A stretch of 64,000 bases of DNA from NCBI GenBank assembly GCA_026770705.1, contig JANJGN010000034.1, forward strand, positions 4,712,001 through 4,776,000. The letters run 5' to 3'. Position 1 is the stretch's first letter. Each line of letters starts with the position of its first letter. Of the stretch, positions 13,200-27,000 are shown piece after piece. The position numbers and the translations under genes are program-made. The notes under the pieces are model-generated. The model saw nothing but the letters and a program-made list of their open reading frames with translations. It made no database searches and was not told the origin of the DNA. This stretch comes from Isurus oxyrinchus. Lineage: Eukaryota.

Positions 13200-14180
13200 A
13201 TTAGCAACAACCGTACTTCCAGTATTTTATCTCATGGCAGGCTTCATTCTTCTATCACTGTGTGGCTTGTCACCCATATTGGCTCAAAGTAAACAACGTT
13301 TATAAAATTTATAAAAATTATAAAATTTTCATTCTTGTTTCGAAATCGCCCCATGCCTTCAACCATTATGCATCTATGATCTCATCCAGACCAATAAGTT
13401 CCGAGATATGTCCCGTAGTTCTGCCACATGCTCTTTAGAATTATTGGACTTTCACCATGTGTCGCTCATTTAAGAAAAAAAGTCTAAGGGTTGGCTCTTT
13501 GATCATGCTTTGCGTCACCTGAAGAACTATTGCTCGATGTGACTCGTTGTCGTAATTTTGTCCATAATGCTGCTGTAAGGAGGTTTGCGGCAATTAGGGT
13601 GCTGTAAGAGCATCTTATTTTCGTTAGAAGCCTCTGCAATTTCTCAGATGTCCGTGATGATTTGTTTCGCCTCTGACTCTACCAACATTTTATAAAGCCA
13701 CACTCCCAGCATGTGTATGCTTTTTAAAGCTCCTGCATCTATAATTGTCAAATGCCGGTTTCTGACACAGCCTTATCATGAGGTTTCCTATTGTTCCTTT
13801 GAACGCCACCAGCCTATAATATTTTTACACCACAACCCTTAGTTTACATTGTATGCCAAAAATGGGATAATGCTTGCTGAGATTGTTTTTAACCAAATGC
13901 ATAGTTGTGGAAAGTTCAGAATCGTCGCTTTAAATATTAACCACTAATTATTTAAGTTATTATTTTTAGTTGATTTATCCAATCAATGTTTGTAGTTGAT
14001 GACAGTGTGAGCACAAATAAGAGTGAGTTGATGTGTCGAGCAAAGCAGTAATGAATGCAAAAATGGGGTTCTCAGTTGAGAGGTACTCAGAGAGACGAGG
14101 TGAGAGGCGATACTGCAGCATTGGAATTGCTGCGGTTTGAAAAGCAGTGAATATGAGATTGCCATCCATACAAGATAAGA
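13200..14180. mobile_element. L2/CR1-like LINE fragments (plus 13200-13620; minus 13975-14170)
   Basis: ORF 13975-14169 RLSPRLSEYLSTENPIFAFITALLD resembles the L2 ORF2 C-terminal RLRPxLSxxxAETLIHAFITSRLD. Confidence 0.5.
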
Positions 14181-14489
14181 AAGCTAAACAAGCATTTTGC
14201 CTCTCATATCATTTTAATTGTACTTTTTACATTCAAAAATTATTTTAGGCTGAGGCAAGTTGCTTTAAAATTGAACATGGGACTCAGTTCTGTTCTACTT
14301 GCCTCTTCCCGAACATATTTCTCCATGAAATTATTGATTAATCATGACTCAATGCGAAATAGTTTACCTAAAATAGATTTAAAATAGACTTTTTTGGTGA
14401 AAGAAGACTGTCTTAATAATGCTGCAGGTAGATAGTTTAAACTTGTGCATATCACCATATCTTGCATCCGCTTTGCTTCTTGAATGTAG

Positions 14490-14516
14490 AACTGAAGATA
14501 AGCAAAGGGAGCAAAG
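14490..14516 (+). CDS. Coiled-coil microexon B4 (27 nt): QLKISKGSK
   Basis: ctttgcttcttgaatgtag acceptor; AAAG|gtaagg donor; 27 nt. Confidence 0.82.
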
Positions 14517-15779
14517 GTAAGGGAGGGACGTATGTTTCCTTATTTTCCAGTTCAGCATATGTGATGTAAAATTCCTTGGCTGTTGCCAGAGACCAAGTAT
14601 TACCAGTCTAGCCTTTCATTCCGCACATACTGAATTGTTGACACGTTCAACAATAGTATGCTTCAAATCCTGCTGGTTTGTTGCAGATATAATGATGTAT
14701 ACAAAAGTGATATTACTGATTGAAGTTGATAGAAAGGATCCCTCTGCGGTATTTCGAACAAGGCCAGAAGAAATCCTCTGCATTTCCCTAACAGGCAGCC
14801 ATAAGAAAAAGTGACATGCCATTATAATTTTCTTGTTCATGGAACCCTGTTGCCTTCGTATGGGCTGATGCATTTGTTATGTTACTGAATTCTCTACACT
14901 TCAAAATACCGGCACAGTATACAAAGTGCTTTCAAATGGTCTGAGCAACGGAAAAAAAACGAATGGAACATTATGTTTCTTACGTCGTTACACCGGTTTT
15001 CAATTGCAACCACTTCTTTAATGTTTATATTTTTCATTCGATTTGGAATTGTGGAGTTTGTATTGGAAAATGCTAGTACCAAAATATTGCACCCATTTTC
15101 TCTACTTTTGCCGAATATTGGACGTTGCAGTTAATACGTTTAAGCAGATAATGATAAAATCATTTAAATTCAGAATGGCGCCTTTGATATGCTGACATGG
15201 CTCAAGTACTGCACACTTACTGTTACGCTTCAATTTTCTTCCCGTTGCCTCTCTTTTTTTGCTCAGATAATCAATCAATTTCCTATCGAAAGTGAACTTT
15301 GAAACTGGCAAGCATTTATCCTCATGTTCTTTGCTGGAAGTATTCCAAATTTTGCGCATCAACCGTCCCCTGCATCGACCGCTGTATGTTGTGAAAATTG
15401 GATGAATATAGCCAAGTATTGCACTATTCCTTCTCATCCGTCCCTCAGTTTTCTCAGTTGAACCAACGCATTTGCGGACATGCCTACAATCAGGTGAAAT
15501 TGGCGCAGAAAGTCGAGCATTTTTGCCCCTCTCACGTGCTGCGCCAATAACTAAGATCATGGCTGGCCAGTTTGTGTTTCAAATTCTCATCATTTTCCTG
15601 ATTCATTTCTGGAATGTGGACTCAGCTTGCTGAGCCACCATTTATAGTGCGGCATTTGTAGTCCATCCCTCGTTACCTTTGAGACAGTGGCGGATGTGAA
15701 AGGACCTTCAATACCCAACTGAACGGTGTAGAACACTATGAACACCTCAGGTATCAGGTAAGCAAAGGGTTAATGGGTT

Positions 15780-17368
15780 AAATGCCTTCTAACTGCATGA
15801 CGAGGTACAAAGTATTTGGCAAGCTAATGAGACATGCTGCCAGCAACTGATGGCATGCAGCCAAGTATTCAAAAAAAGTCACTGCAGAGAAAGGGGAGGC
15901 ATTTCCGTAAATATTACAGAGCTCAGTGGATTCCAGGATGGTCGCAGCGGATTGGCAAATGGCTAAGGTGACGCCCCAGTTCAAGAGGGATGGGAGACAA
16001 AAAGCAGCACACTATAGGCCAGTCAGCCTTTCGTCTGTCGTTTGGAGAATGCTAGGGAGCATTATAATGAAAGAAATAGCAGGACATATAGAAAAAACAG
16101 AGATTTGAGGCGGTTTCATGAAAGGAGCAGCCTGTTTGGCAAATTTCCTAGAGATCATTTAGGATATAATCAGAGTTGATACATTGACACAAGCAGATGT
16201 AATGTAGTTGGATTTCCAGAAGGGATTACATAAAGTGCCACATAAAAGGTAATTGCACAATAAAGGAGCACACGATATTGCCCTAGTGTATTTGCATGAA
16301 TTTAGGATTTGTTAACACACAGTAGACAGACAGTCGGTATGATTTTTCTTTGTTCAGTTAACAAATGCATAACTGTTGGATTGTCACAAGTATGATTTCT
16401 AGGGCCTCAATGATTTAATATCAGTGTTAATTAATTGGAGGAAGGGCTAGAGTGTAATATATCCACAATTGCTGTCTATGCAAAGTAAGTTGTGATGAGG
16501 ACATAAGAAATCGGCAAAGGGCTATACATATGCTGAGTGAGTGGGCGAAAACTGGGCAGATGTAGATAAATTTACAAAAGTGTGATTTCATGCACTTTAG
16601 TCAGAAGAATAAAAAGGTACACTGTTACGTAAATGGAGAAAGACTCCAAAAAAGCCTGCAGCACAGAGGATTGTGTATGTTCTTGTGTATGAAATACAAA
16701 AAAGGTAAATGCAGGTGCAGCAAGGAATTAAGCAGGCAATTAAAATTTTGGCTATTCCTAGAGGTTGATGTTTAAAAATGGGGCAATCTAGTTACAAATG
16801 TACAGGGAATTGACGAGGGCCCATCAGGGGATCGTTTTTTTCCCCATATTTTAGAAATGATAGAATGACATCGGAGGAATTTCAAAATTGATTCACTAGG
16901 CTGATAATTGGCTGAAGAGTCTGAATTTAAAAGGGTGACTAAAAAGCTTAGACTTTTATTCATTAGTATATAAAAGAATATTCGGTGATCTTATTGGAAA
17001 ATAAAAAAAAAAAATCTGATGGGGCTTGATTGGGTGGATGTCGAAAAGATGTTATCACTTGTTGTGGAATCTCGATCAAGGGAAAATAGTTACATAATAA
17101 GGGGATACTTATTTAAACCTGAGATGCAAAGGAATCCTTGCTCTCAGAGGGTAGTGAATGCCTGGAATTCTCTACCGCAGAGGGTTGCGGACGCTATATC
17201 AATGGAATTATCTAATGGGAGTAAGATAGATTTTTGAAATATCGGAAGTTAAGGGCTAGAGGGGCAGGGATGAAAGAGTAGTTGAGGGCTGCGACAGATT
17301 ATTTAATAGCCGGGCAGGCTTCAGAGTACGAATGACCGTCTCTTGCTCCTACTTCTTATGTTCTTAAC
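15780..17368 (+). mobile_element. CR1 LINE ORF2 relic with 3' end
   Basis: WQMAKVTPQFKRDGRQKAAHYRPVSLSS and SQRVVNAWNSLPQ motifs; 3' end ttcttatgttctt. Confidence 0.9.
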
Positions 17369-17369
17369 A

Positions 17370-18900
17370 GGAATCTATAATCATCTACGTTAAAAATATT
17401 TCAGTGGTCCCGCCGCCACCACTTTCAGAGTAAGAGAGTTCCGATGATTTCGAAATTTGAGAGAAAGTAAATGCTCAGCTGTGTGATAAAGCGGCAGCCC
17501 CTAATTTGAAAACAGTGCCCACTTGCTCTGAGCCCAGCCACGAGAGGGAGCACCACTTAATTGTACATCTTATCCATACCGTTCAGGATCTTATGTTCTT
17601 CAATCAAGCCACCCCTTACTCTTTTGAACTCCAGTGGAAACACTGCCAGTCTGCCCAACATTTCTTCATAAGGCAGCCAACTCATTCCAATTGTCAATTT
17701 AGTACACTGCATCTGAACCACCTCTGTCGTGTTTATGTCCTTATCAAAACAAGGAGACCAAGACTTCAAGCAATATTTCAAATGTGGCCTCAACAATGCT
17801 GTGCATAATTGAAACATACCATACTTACTACTGAATGTTCATTTCCTCCACTAACACGTGATAAAATTTCATCAGCCTTCTTCATTAATACTATGTATTC
17901 TTACGATTCTCTTGTGACTTTTGCGCTCAAACACTAAGATCCCTCTGCAATTCAGAATTTTTCTGTCGTAATCCCTTTAAGTAATACATTTTTTTAAATT
18001 ATCCCTTCTAAAGTGAAAAAGTGCACATTTTCCAACATTAATTTCCATTCACTCAACTTAGATAATTCCATGTGCAAGTATCTTCTGTTTCTTTTCACAA
18101 TACATTTCCCGACCTATCTTTTTGTCTTCTGTAAAGTTAGCGAGCATGCATTCACTCATTTCATCTAAAGAATTCATAAGAACTGTTTAAATTTGAGGTC
18201 CCAGCACAGACACTTGCAGGATTTCACTAGTCACAGGCATCAGATCAAAGACCAATTTATGCATAATCACTCTTTTATACCAGTTAACCAAAATTCTATC
18301 CGTGTAAATATTTCACTTCATACACCATGAGCTTTTACTCTCCGCAATAACCCTTTGATGTGATGCCATAGCCAATCCAATCTAGAAATTTAAGGACAAC
18401 ATGTCTGCATGTTCCACTTGAACAAGGTGTATGTTATCCCATCAAATAACTCCGATATATTGGTTGAAAATGACCTCCCTTTAATTTAATAAATCTGACT
18501 CGTCTGGATTACCTTGATTTTCTCTAAGTGCTCCGCTATAACACCACTAATGATCGATTCTAATCCTTCTCCAATAAGCATATAAAGCCACCTGGCCAGT
18601 AGTTTCCTATGCTCTGCCGCCCCACTTCTTGACTATCCGGCTTACATTTGCAACTTTCCATTCTGATGATACCATGTTCGGAATCTAGGGAGTTTTTGAA
18701 AAATAGCAGCAACGCATCTAGCATCTCATTATCTAATTCATCAACGCCCTAGGATGAAGCATTTAAGGGCTAGGAGACGTCACTGTCCTCAGCATCGACA
18801 TTAAGCTCGATACCACTTCTCTGGTTATTGTAATTTCAAGATGCTCCACTCTCCCTTCCTTCTTTTGATTTACAGCTGTTACTAGATTGTTAATTGTATC
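17370..18900 (-). mobile_element. CR1 LINE ORF2 relic, inverted (tail-to-tail with the previous copy)
   Basis: ORF 17557-17817 LCTALLRPHLKYC..WSP..DKDI..RGGLIE is the CR1 ORF2 C-terminus. Confidence 0.88.
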
Positions 18901-19190
18901 CTCTATGTTGGAGAGATGCTTTTTGTTTGCATTTGATCTGGCATTTCATTTTTATCTAATATTTACATCCTACAGTTCGGATTTCAGATCAATTTTCCGG
19001 ATTCACAGTTCCTCTATCCGCTTGCCGTTTCCACAGAAGTGTTTTAAATACACTGACATCGAATAATTGCCGAATTCCTGAAATGCAATATACAGCCGCT
19101 ATTGCTTTTGTAGCTTAAGTAATTCAGCTAACTGAACTTAATTACTCGCTTAATTAACTGAGAAGAATCCCTATATAGAATACTCCTCTT

Positions 19191-19810
19191 CAAATGCTGG
19201 TCTGCCCCATGCACAACTCCACAGCGATGTAAGTCCGTGGGTGACCTTAACAAGTTGGCAATGATGATTTTGATTCACATCCACCCACTGCAGACCCTGC
19301 GTCCCCAACTGGCAGGGATTCCTAACCTTGAGAATTGCTGCCCCGTCTTGTTAGCTGGCAGCTGATTGCAGCCACACCAACGTCAGAACTCAGCTCTTGT
19401 TGCTGCTCGGGCCGCCAGCAGCCCCTAAAAGAAGTTCAATGTTGAGTGGACCCTGTTATCCTTGGCCTTGTTGGTTGCTGAAGAACCTTTAGCTGTCTGG
19501 AGTTGGTTAATGATGAAGGGGAGGGGACGTGAGTCTGGATAGCAGTTTTTGGAGACTAGGCCTAAAGGCACAAACGATCCGACAGGGCGGGTTTCCCCCA
19601 ATTCTCAATGGCACCCCCAAACAAAATATCCCTTCCCTGTCGCTCTTTCACCATATTCTGTTAAATAGTACTAATCCACTCTAGCCTGCCTTCCATCAGC
19701 CAGCTAATTCTGATAATTGATGTTGACTGTGGTAGCCAAATTTTTATAAGTGAGGTAACCCACGGCCTTACATCGCTGTGGAGTTGGGCATGGGGGCAGA
19801 CAAGTATTTG
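19191..19810. mobile_element. MITE-like element with ~58-bp imperfect terminal inverted repeats
   Basis: caaatgctggtctgccccatgcacaactccacagcgatgtaagtccgtgggtgacct (19191-) is the near reverse complement of aggtaacccacggccttacatcgctgtggagttgggcatgggggcagacaagtatttg (-19810). Confidence 0.7.
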
Positions 19811-21479
19811 TTTACATTTGTACACGCCACCTGGTATAACATCTACCCCATTCATCCAGTGTGGGACAACTTATACTTTGGAGGGACATAGAGTTGATGT
19901 TGAACGTCTTTAACTCAACCATAATCGAATGTTTACTTCAATTCCACATGCATATTCCAGAATACATATTCCTGATATGACGTTTTCCATACTGGGAAAA
20001 ATATAAATATTTTGCGTTATACAGTCACAGAGTTAATCAGCACTGTAACAGAACTTTTGGCCCAAAGTATCTGTGCCAGCCAACAAACACCTGTCTAAAG
20101 TAATTCCATTGCTCCAGCGCTTGAACCATAGCTTTGAATAATATGGGGTTTCAAGTGTTCATCTTAATATCTCCTAAATGCTGTGATATCTTTACTTTTA
20201 CTACAGTGGTATAGAATCACTCTGCTTCAGACACCCAGAGATGAAGTTAGATGTTGGCGCATCAGTGTCTTATTGTTTGCACTAACGCATTCTGAGGTGG
20301 GCGCTGACAATGCAGTGCATTGTGTTGATGCTTACAGGTGGCAACCTTTGGCGCCCAGCCCGAACACCATTCCAGTTCGATTCCTATACGTAAATATTGC
20401 TGCCTCATGTATTGTTTCAAGCACTGGAAATTTTATGGATTTAGTCTCCCCTGCGTATTATCTCCTTCATTGTCTGCATACGTGTGCAGGATGTAGTGAT
20501 GGAGGTGTGCCCAAAATTTGCCTCTGGCTCTCTTCTTCTTTGGCTGAATCCAGAATAAGAGCTGGAGCCACAAAACAATCTGGGATGCAGTGGTCCACTG
20601 GAACTGCTTGTGTAAAAAGGTTGACAAACCGCCAATCCGGGCCAAATTCAATGCTCTTGGCTTTACTGAGCCAGAGCGACATGATACTGACTATAACTTT
20701 CTACACCAGTGGGCAAGTACTTGATAGCATTTCAATAGTTTGCCACAGATGATCTTCATGATAGTTGCAACCGAACATTCTGGTGCCACTGACTAGTTGC
20801 TCAAAGAGAGAGCAGAATATATGAACCATTCTTTTCAGCCGGCTCTTGTCATGTCATGTCTTGTCACCAGTTTGATCTTTACGGGACTTGGGAGGAAATA
20901 TTTTATCCAGGAGATGAAAGATGCGGCTGCACCTTTGCATGGATGTGAAAATACTCCTTTCTGTCTATTCTTTTAATAACAGGAAACTACATTTATTTTA
21001 GCGGAAACGTCATCTGACAAGAGTTCACGGGAAAACATTAACACAAATTTTGTAATAAAATACTGCAACAGAACATCAGATCTCTCGTCATATAAACAGT
21101 CCTTCAGACACAATTCAAAAAAACAAATTCTGTTCCAGTGAAAAATTGTACTCTAGAGAATAAGTTTAGAAGTTATCAGCTTCGGATCTTAACAACGCAA
21201 ATTGGTGATCGATTCCGCTAAGGAATGCAGAGTACACTACAATCAGGTAAGCAAAAATATAGTAGAGTGTTGGAGGTCAGGGTATATAACAGAGGCATGG
21301 AGGGACAGAAGCCTAGCGAAATCAGGAGATAATGTACATCAGAAAACAAAGCAGGAGGTGGGTGAATGTGTTATGCTGATAGGTAGGATGGTCGCAGCAG
21401 CGATTTCGATGGCCACAACCTTTTTAGGATCTTTAAAAAAATGATCATCTGTTGATTACTCATTGCGCGAAAAATTTGT

Positions 21480-21780
21480 CCTTGAATGGAAAATATAGAG
21501 TGGGATTATCTGATCCGGATCAGTGTTTGATTATTCCAGAGAGAGATGATAATCTTTCATTTTCTCTACCCCTGTATTGTGTGAAAGCTCTGGCGCCGAA
21601 TGTGCAAACGGCTGAGAGGTACATATTTGGGGCAACGTTAGGAGTGGTGGGTTGTGTAGAAAGGATACAAAAGTGGAGTACATGTAAAAGTTCAGGTATG
21701 ATCATAATCAGTTGCTGAACTGGCTCGACCGGGCATAAGATCCTGTCATTCGCTATGTTTGTTCGTCCCATATCTTGTTT
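21480..21780 (+). mobile_element. CR1 3'-end fragment
   Basis: Resembles CR1 3' UTR (ggctcgaccggg...ctgtcattcgctatgtttgttc). Confidence 0.5.
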
Positions 21781-21808
21781 CAATGATGACATTTGTCTCT
21801 TATTTCAG

Positions 21809-21844
21809 AAATAGAATCACTGAAGAAGAGACTTCAAGGATTTG
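21809..21844 (+). CDS. Coiled-coil microexon A5 (36 nt): EIESLKKRLQGF
   Basis: tgtctcttatttcag acceptor; TTTG|gtaaga donor; I/L/L/F at heptad positions. Confidence 0.88.
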
Positions 21845-22299
21845 GTAAGAAATAAGCGTGGCTTCCTTAAAGTGCACATAAAAGTAAAACTAGATATTAC
21901 AAGCTTATTTTGAATATGTTGCTTCAAGAGGTTTGGTAGCAAATGTTCTATCATAAATGTTCTGGCAGTTTTAAATTAAAACATAACAAGAACTTGTGCC
22001 CGCAGAGAACTCTTCAGGACATTGTGAACAGAAGCACTTTTGGGCCGATTATGTAGCTTCAGGGAGTTGCATCTCATGCAATATAAGAGGCATGATGTAC
22101 TTCAAAATAAGCGGAACTACATTTTTTACATAACATCTGAATTACGATGCTGATAAGCAAACATGGGTGCCAGAAAATTCATTACTTATTAATCTTTAGA
22201 AAAGTAGTGCTAGGGATGTTTTTGTTATTACGATCAGGGAGAGCAGATGACGATGCCACAGCAAAACTTTTTTAAGCATGCAAGAATAACTTAGTACAA

Positions 22300-24040
22300 C
22301 AGCTGTCTGGTGCCACCCGCAGCTTTCCCCCCCCCCCCCCCCCCCCTAATACTGGAGAGCCAAGAAAAATACATTTTCAAATACTAGAGCAGGTTGAAGG
22401 AATTATTAATCAGACATCACGGATAGATAAAGAGCTAGGGGGGAACGAGAGTCATGAGTTAAAGAAAAGCAGCGAGATCATGAAATTGACACTTTCATTA
22501 GAGTAAGGGTGTTGAAAAACTGCAATCGGGGGATAAAAATAATATATATTTGCTTGAGCGGATGGCTTCTACAAACCTACTGTGGTTTGTTAGGAGAGGT
22601 CAGAGGCAACATGACAAGTAATCCCAAAGAGAAATAAGAAAGAAAGACAGTTCTAATCAACAGGCGCATCCTTTTCCACATCTTTCGAAAATAGAGAGTG
22701 AAAATATTTAGGGAAGTTAAAACCGACCTGCTTAAAATCGTTAGTAGGCAAACTAATGAAAACCCTACCAATTTAAAGATATTATTAGATCATGTCATGG
22801 ATTAAGAAGGAAAGGATTTGCTTCATAATACTTATCGATTTTCTTTTGAAGCCACGGCAGAAAACATAGGCAGGAATGTATAGAAGGTATAAGATATCTA
22901 AATTTAAAGGAGCATCAATATTTTGTTAGAATAATCGATGGATCTATAACGTCAGAGCATTCAGAGCCTATGGACAAGTTGCGGAATGAAATAATCGCTG
23001 TCTGAGAGAAAGAAATAGTTGAGCAGGCGTAAATTGTGTTTCTTGGGAGTGGTAGATATATGGAAAAATGGTTGAAGGTGGTAAGTGAAGGCCCACCATT
23101 GTTCATTATTTACATTATTGATGGAATCTCTGGAAAAAGGACGAGCAAATCTATCTATTTTGCCAACAGAAATTAACTGACAGTGGCAAATAGCACTAAG
23201 CTGTGTCTCAAAGAAAAATGATATAATGACACGTTAATAATCATGCAAAATGCCCATATAGATTATGTATTTGGCAAATGAATTTAAGAATAATATGATG
23301 GTTGAGGGTACCATACTGCATTTTGGTGAGTAAAGTGAAGGCCTCATAATACTTGGAAAACGGCATTACAAATGTAACTGATGAGCGATAATTCAGGCTA
23401 TATGCATAACCTCATGGCTAACAATTGCACAGTTTAATAGAGATTTTTTTAAAAAATAAAACGATGATGTCGAGTTGTCTACAATTGAATATCAGAGGAA
23501 TTGCGCTATTATATCCTGATGCAAGCTTAGATAATACTTGGAGAACTGTGCACAGTCCTTGTGGACATATTGGAATTAAAATAAGGGACCTGGAGAGGGT
23601 GCACAAATGCTGATATTTTCCCATTGTCTAAAAGGTTACAGGTAGAGAAAATAGCTTTTCTCATATTTATATTTGGAAGAAGAGAAAATTCTAGCGCATT
23701 CTGCTGAGAGCCAGATAAAAGTAAGAAACGGAGGAAGCCTGAATGGACTGAATGAAGTAATTGGATAGTCTATGCCCACGATCTTACATTAATGCTAATT
23801 TGATAAAATCCTCAGGTTCTAGCAGCAGTGGGGTTCATGAGACCGGAAAAGTAAAAGATAGTGGTAATTCATGTGTGAGACAACATATGGATTTTGATGT
23901 GGAGCTTCCTGGAGTGAATCATCCATTAGAAAACGTCATGTAGACGATTTTTTCTAAGAAAAACCACAGGATAGATAAAGGAGAAAATATTGCTGTGCTG
24001 GTGAGCAGCGCGGGTGTTCCTGCATATATCTCATCTGAAG
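22300..24040 (+). mobile_element. Old degraded CR1 LINE (includes a C-run at ~22327-22346)
   Basis: Remnants of CR1 ORF2 sequence, e.g. ggacctggagagggtgcaca (LERVQ). Confidence 0.55.
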
Positions 24041-27000
24041 TTCACATTGATTGGCATCAATTTAAATAATAGATTTATTTTGTTTTGTGCACCAACAATT
24101 CTAGCACTTTCACCCAAACATTACAGGATTTTGTTACATTAAGTCAGTGGTGGAACAGTTCTTTCACTGAAGTTCTGACATTGTCCAAACACAGCTGGAA
24201 TATTTTATCCAATCTGAATTTCATATTTCTGGAAACATCCACTCTATCAGAAATGGCACAGCATTTTCGTAGACTGATATGTTTGTTCTGGTACTTCTGT
24301 TATTTTGGCTGCCGGAGAAGCTGAAAATATTATTGTTGGATTAAAGAATTTTAACTGAAGCCCGTTAATCCTGAAATTATTAAAATGGTTTTGGAATATT
24401 TGCAATTATCATTTCAACGTCAGATATGAGACTCACTTGGGGAACAGTCCATTTCTGTCTCAATCACTTGCCATGGAGATGTACAGTATCAGCAACATCT
24501 GGAAGCAGTTTGAAACGGGCCAGAAAACCAGAATTCCCGCTTTCCTATTAATTAGTTTGAGGAATGTTCTACTTCTTTGAGAATAGATGTCGATAAATAT
24601 TCTAATAATTCTGCAAAATTGGACGTGTTATGACATCTGGTAATGGGCCATTTCTGGATACAATCAGTCTTCATGTGAAAACCAATTCCGTGCTTTTGAA
24701 AACTGTTGTGTGTGTAACGCCTGTACATAATTATTAATACATGACCATGAAGTGATTCGTAACCTCATGTGTTTGATGTTCTTAAATATTTGCGAGTCAC
24801 CTAGGCACACTAGGAGTCACATGCTGATCGTTCTGGGCAGCACCAACGGCCGTGCCAACAATTCTTTCTTCTTCCTGTCTAAAGAGCTAGAATCTGAAGG
24901 GGCATCGGATGCTGGGAGCTGGAATATGTCTGGCAAGGGGGAGGATTCTCATTCTAGAAAGTGCATACGAGGATGGCAACTGGAAACTGCGCCACATATT
25001 TTCTCATAAACATATACGTCATCTAAAACAGATGTTAAGCATGGGAGGCCCCTGTGACAAAATGGCGGGGAGTCATAGAATTCAACGTGGGGTGGGCATG
25101 CACTTGAGCAAAATATATTATAAGGACCGATGTTTGAAAGGCATGTAATCGTTTGTAAGTCAAAATAGACAAAATTGCATATAATGCTAAGATTTTGACT
25201 AGCTAACACAGAACTAATTAAATAAATGCAATTGTACAAGGTTGAAGGAATGTGGAGAGGCTGGAAGGGGACGTAATCACCTTGTCAAACTTGTTAGACA
25301 GGCTGAGTAGAACAAAAACGGATAGCTCCTGTTTGCAGAGGTCATTTTGTGACAGTAATAACAACTGCCTTCGGACAGTGACATTAATGCAAAGCTGATT
25401 GGAGGGATTCACCAATACATTTTGGGTTGGATGCGTCTAGATGTGAGAGACGACAACAGAATCAACAATATTCAAAAGGAAATGAAGGCCAGAGTCTTAG
25501 CCGAAGTTGCAAGGGCAGTAGGGTCAATGAATATTTTTTTGAAGTATTGAGATGAAGGCAGTTTTTAAGGCGACATATGTAGAAACTGTGGAAAGAAAAT
25601 TTTGAACATCATCGGATACAGCAGAAGAGAGGGAGGGAACATGGTATCGAAACGAAAAATGGTGCAGAAATTCAATAGGTCTAACAATACCTGTCGAGAG
25701 AGAGACAAAGATAACATTTCGAGTCAGTATGACGCTTCAACAGAGCTAAAGGGATCCATAAATGTCGTGCAATATATAGTGATTAAGGGGGGTGGCTGGA
25801 AATGGAGAAGCTGGATAGAAGGTCAGTGATAGGTGGAGGCAAAGCAGAGCTGGCAACAGGAGGCATGGACAATTACTGAACGAGTTGGTAATGGTGATGT
25901 TAAATGAGTTGCTAAAGCTGTTTGAATGCAAAATTGGTTAAATGCTGGACCATTGTAAGCACTCTTGGAAAGTGACAGATGGCCCTAGTGTAGGAGGGTT
26001 TGGGTTAATTGGAAATATGACGGAGGGAGCATGACGTCCGTCTCTTGGGCCACATGAAATCGGAAAGGCTGCACATGGAGTTTAAGAAACGCTGAAAAAT
26101 GCGAGTAGAGTTTGTGGTTGGGGATTACTTTGGAAGAGGAGTGTACAAGGAAATAAACACTAGAGGGAGCTAACCAGTTGTTCTAAACCTTGAGGAAAGA
26201 TACTCCCATCAAGTCACATTGCATACGGTTGGATCTGAGATAGGCGAGGCGGGAAAAGGATTTATGAAGGTGAGCGGCAGAAAAAAAGAAAACAAAGAGA
26301 ATGAAACCTGTAAGAATGAACCAAAGAAAAAAAAACGGGGCATTCTTTTGCTGCCAAGCAGAGGAGACAAGAAGGTTTAATTTTCTCTAACTGATCTGGT
26401 GGTGAATGCCTTAATCAGTACTCCAAAATCGTACTTGAAAAATATGTTTCATGGCTACTATCATTGGTCCTGATGGAAAAGAGTTCACCCGTGTACCGCT
26501 GAAAGCAAGCATTAATTTAATGAAGCATAACACAGCAAACATAAGGTGTTGTTGAGGAAATCAAAAGCTTGAGTTATACGTTAGTAAACGGCACAGAAAT
26601 TATTCAAGTCTTCAGGTGCTGAAAGTGGAATTATTGGAGTAAACTCCTGGACAAGCTCACGGATAACCACACAACTGTTGCGGCAAAACCCCCAAAATCA
26701 ATCCCAGTCAACTCGCCGCCGGCGCAGCCATGACACTCCTGAAGAGCCCCTATTCCTACAAGGTCTTCCAATTTCCTCATAAGTCAACAGCAGTCCGACC
26801 AGAACTGCCAATCCCCCAACACGCGGCTTCAATCCCACTGACCCGACATGACTGGCCGCTGAACTAGAAAATTGTATTCACTTGACCTGATACGGCAAAA
26901 ACCAAACAAATGACCCACTCACTCCCCTACCAAACCCATTACCTCACCCATTTGCCACCCAATCAACCCTCTCAAATAACACCGTGGCCACCTAATACCT

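Noticed and set aside
20183-20752. Longest ORF (189 aa)
   Set aside because: GTG start, no recognisable domain, overlapping ORFs on the other strand; looks like chance or repeat-derived sequence
21904-21930. 27-nt AG..GT segment (AYFEYVASR) as the missing B exon
   Set aside because: Would need a 59-nt intron; no pyrimidine tract, weak donor, no similarity to the B consensus
24885-24911. Good acceptor followed by ELESEGASD (27 nt)
   Set aside because: No GT/GC donor at the expected position
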